In this document: in pieces, positions 58,564-60,029 of the stretch
Position numbering within the stretch: the first letter of the stretch is position 1
Layout: every line of letters begins with the position of its first letter
NCBI GenBank assembly: GCA_027448785.1
Contig: DAIDMW010000003.1
Location: 1 to 60,029, forward strand
Length of the DNA: 60,029 nucleotides
From: Candidatus Colwellbacteria bacterium
GTDB lineage: Bacteria > Patescibacteriota > Minisyncoccia > UBA6257 > Colwellbacteraceae
Direction of reading: 5' to 3'
Position numbers and translations under genes: made by a program
Notes under the pieces: model-generated
What the model was told of the DNA's origin: nothing
What the model saw: only the letters and a program-made list of their open reading frames with translations
Databases searched by the model: none

Positions 58564-59290
58564 TTTATTTAACCAAATACTTTTTCTGCCGCTATTTAAT
58601 TTTCTGATAATTCTTTACAACTCGGTCGCCTTCCATGACCTGGGCTTGGCGGTGGTAATACTGACGGTCATAATCCGGATTATCATCTTTCCCGTTTTCC
58701 ATCGTTCGCTTAAGCACCAGCGCAAGCTGCAGAAGCTTGGCCCACATATTAAGCGCATCCAGGAGGAGCATAAAAATGACAAAGAAAAGCAGGCACAGGC
58801 GATCATGGAACTGTATAAAGAGCACGGCGTAAATCCGTTTTCGCAGTTCTATCTACTCCTAATTCAGTTTCCAATCCTTTATGCCCTCTATCGCGTCGTT
58901 CTGGCCGGAATAAACTCGTCCAACCTAAAGAGCTTTCTTTATCCTTCGGTTGTCGCTCCGGCGGCTTTCTCTCCTTATTTTCTGGGAATTGTCGATTTAA
59001 ACAGCCGCAGCCTGCTTATCGCGGTCGTTGCCGGCGTCGTCCAATATCTACAAGCCACAACCTCCATTCCTAAGCCTCCTCCGGGCACGAAGCTAAGCCC
59101 GGCTGAGGAGGCGGGGCGTAAAGCGCTGCTTTTTATGGTCGGATTTATGTTTATTTTTGCCTACACTCTGCCGGCCGCAATCGGGCTTTATTTGATCACA
59201 ACCACCTTGTTTACTTTGGTGCAGCAGGTTATAGTAAACAGACAAACCGAGGAAGATCTGGAAAGAGAACAAGATGGAAGAGGACATTAA
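58556..59290 (+). CDS. yidC: Membrane protein insertase YidC/Oxa1 (short)
   Basis: LTVIIRII, QAIMELYKEHGVNP, LPAAIGLY. Confidence 0.94.
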   Translation: MSNLFNQILFLPLFNFLIILYNSVAFHDLGLAVVILTVIIRIIIFPVFHRSLKHQRKLQKLGPHIKRIQEEHKNDKEKQAQAIMELYKEHGVNPFSQFYLLLIQFPILYALYRVVLAGINSSNLKSFLYPSVVAPAAFSPYFLGIVDLNSRSLLIAVVAGVVQYLQATTSIPKPPPGTKLSPAEEAGRKALLFMVGFMFIFAYTLPAAIGLYLITTTLFTLVQQVIVNRQTEEDLEREQDGRGH

Positions 59291-59699
59291 AAAGATAGTA
59301 GAGCTCTTGGGATTTAAGAATTTTAGCGTGGAGCCCGGAGACGAACAGAGGTTTTTTTCCATTCATATTAACGACGAATCTGTTTCCAAAGAAAAACTTC
59401 CGGGATTCATTGCCGACCTTAATAAGGTGGTGCGGCTGTTTGCTAAGAAGAAGGGGTATTCTCCGGTTGTGGTTGACGTCAATAACTACAGGCGGGAAAG
59501 GGAAAGATTAATCGTGGAGCTGGCTAGGGCGGCGGCAAGGCAGGCCGCTGCCACCAAGTCCGCGGTCCAGCTGCCGGCGATGAACGCCTACGAGAGGAGA
59601 TTAATCCACTCGGAGCTGAGTATTCGGCCGGATGTGCGGACCGAAAGCGTCGGCGAAGGCAAGGAGCGCCGCGTAGTAATAACCTTCATCGAGGAGTAG
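59274..59699 (+). CDS. Jag/KhpB-like KH-R3H protein (short)
   Basis: VDVNNYR, MNAYERRLIH, SVGEGKERRV. Confidence 0.88.
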   Translation: MEEDIKKIVELLGFKNFSVEPGDEQRFFSIHINDESVSKEKLPGFIADLNKVVRLFAKKKGYSPVVVDVNNYRRERERLIVELARAAARQAAATKSAVQLPAMNAYERRLIHSELSIRPDVRTESVGEGKERRVVITFIEE

Positions 59700-59720
59700 T
59701 TTTATATTATTACTTGAAAT

Positions 59721-60029
59721 CTATTTGCCCGTGCTTATCGGGGCGGACGGTAGCAGGGACCGGTTTATCCTTAATAACGCCGGGTTAATCGTATTCAAAA
59801 GGATGTAGGCGAATACCAATATCGCTATCCCTTCCAAAGCCGCCATAATCCATCTTTTTCCCTCCTCAGCCAAAGATTTACTTCCTCCGGAGGCGGTGTA
59901 CAAAAGGCCGCCGTAAATGATTATTCCCACCGCCAATCCGGTGGCTATTCCCATCGCCCAACCTAAAATATTTCCAAAACTGCTTATTCCAAGTACGGCG
60001 GTGATAGCTGTTATTATCGGATCGGTCAT
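59721..60029 (-). CDS. Pilin-like protein, possibly 5'-incomplete
   Basis: IIYGGLLYTASGG...EGKRWIMAALEG motif. Confidence 0.75.
   Translation of the reverse strand: MTDPIITAITAVLGISSFGNILGWAMGIATGLAVGIIIYGGLLYTASGGSKSLAEEGKRWIMAALEGIAILVFAYILLNTINPALLRINRSLLPSAPISTGK

Overview
This is a 60-kb origin-proximal piece of a compact bacterial chromosome, most likely Patescibacteria (CPR, Parcubacteria-like). That assignment is inferred from the tight gene packing, several VirB2/TrbC-like pilins, short YebC, HolA and S1 proteins, and AT-rich starts without Shine-Dalgarno (SD) sites. It uses genetic code 11. The right end holds dnaN, a DnaA-box intergenic region, dnaA and rpmH-rnpA-yidC-jag, with most genes pointing away from oriC. 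The rest is largely housekeeping (ftsK, recA, folD, glyA, tyrS, clpP, ppa, nusA, pnp, rpsO, a xer-type recombinase, gyrA, ftsH, rpsT, holA, pyrG, mutM, tsaE, ruvB, ruvC, a class A PBP). There are 10 tRNA genes and two small accessory islets (about 10.4-14 kb and 29.7-31.3 kb). There is no rRNA, CRISPR array, transposase or prophage. The most interesting signals are non-coding: (1) five perfect parS palindromes at an exact 48-bp period beside a dense CCGG tract; (2) two families of 7-nt-periodic intergenic hairpin repeats; (3) a promoter-driven orphan structured RNA of about 140 nt; (4) tRNA trailers antisense to their own tRNA; (5) an 84-bp inverted-repeat pair bracketing 1.7 kb of small genes; (6) tRNA-Ile(UAU); (7) pervasive leaderless-type promoters. 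A stand-alone protein that is about 60% Asp/Glu also stands out. All calls come from reading the sequence by eye; no database searches were run.
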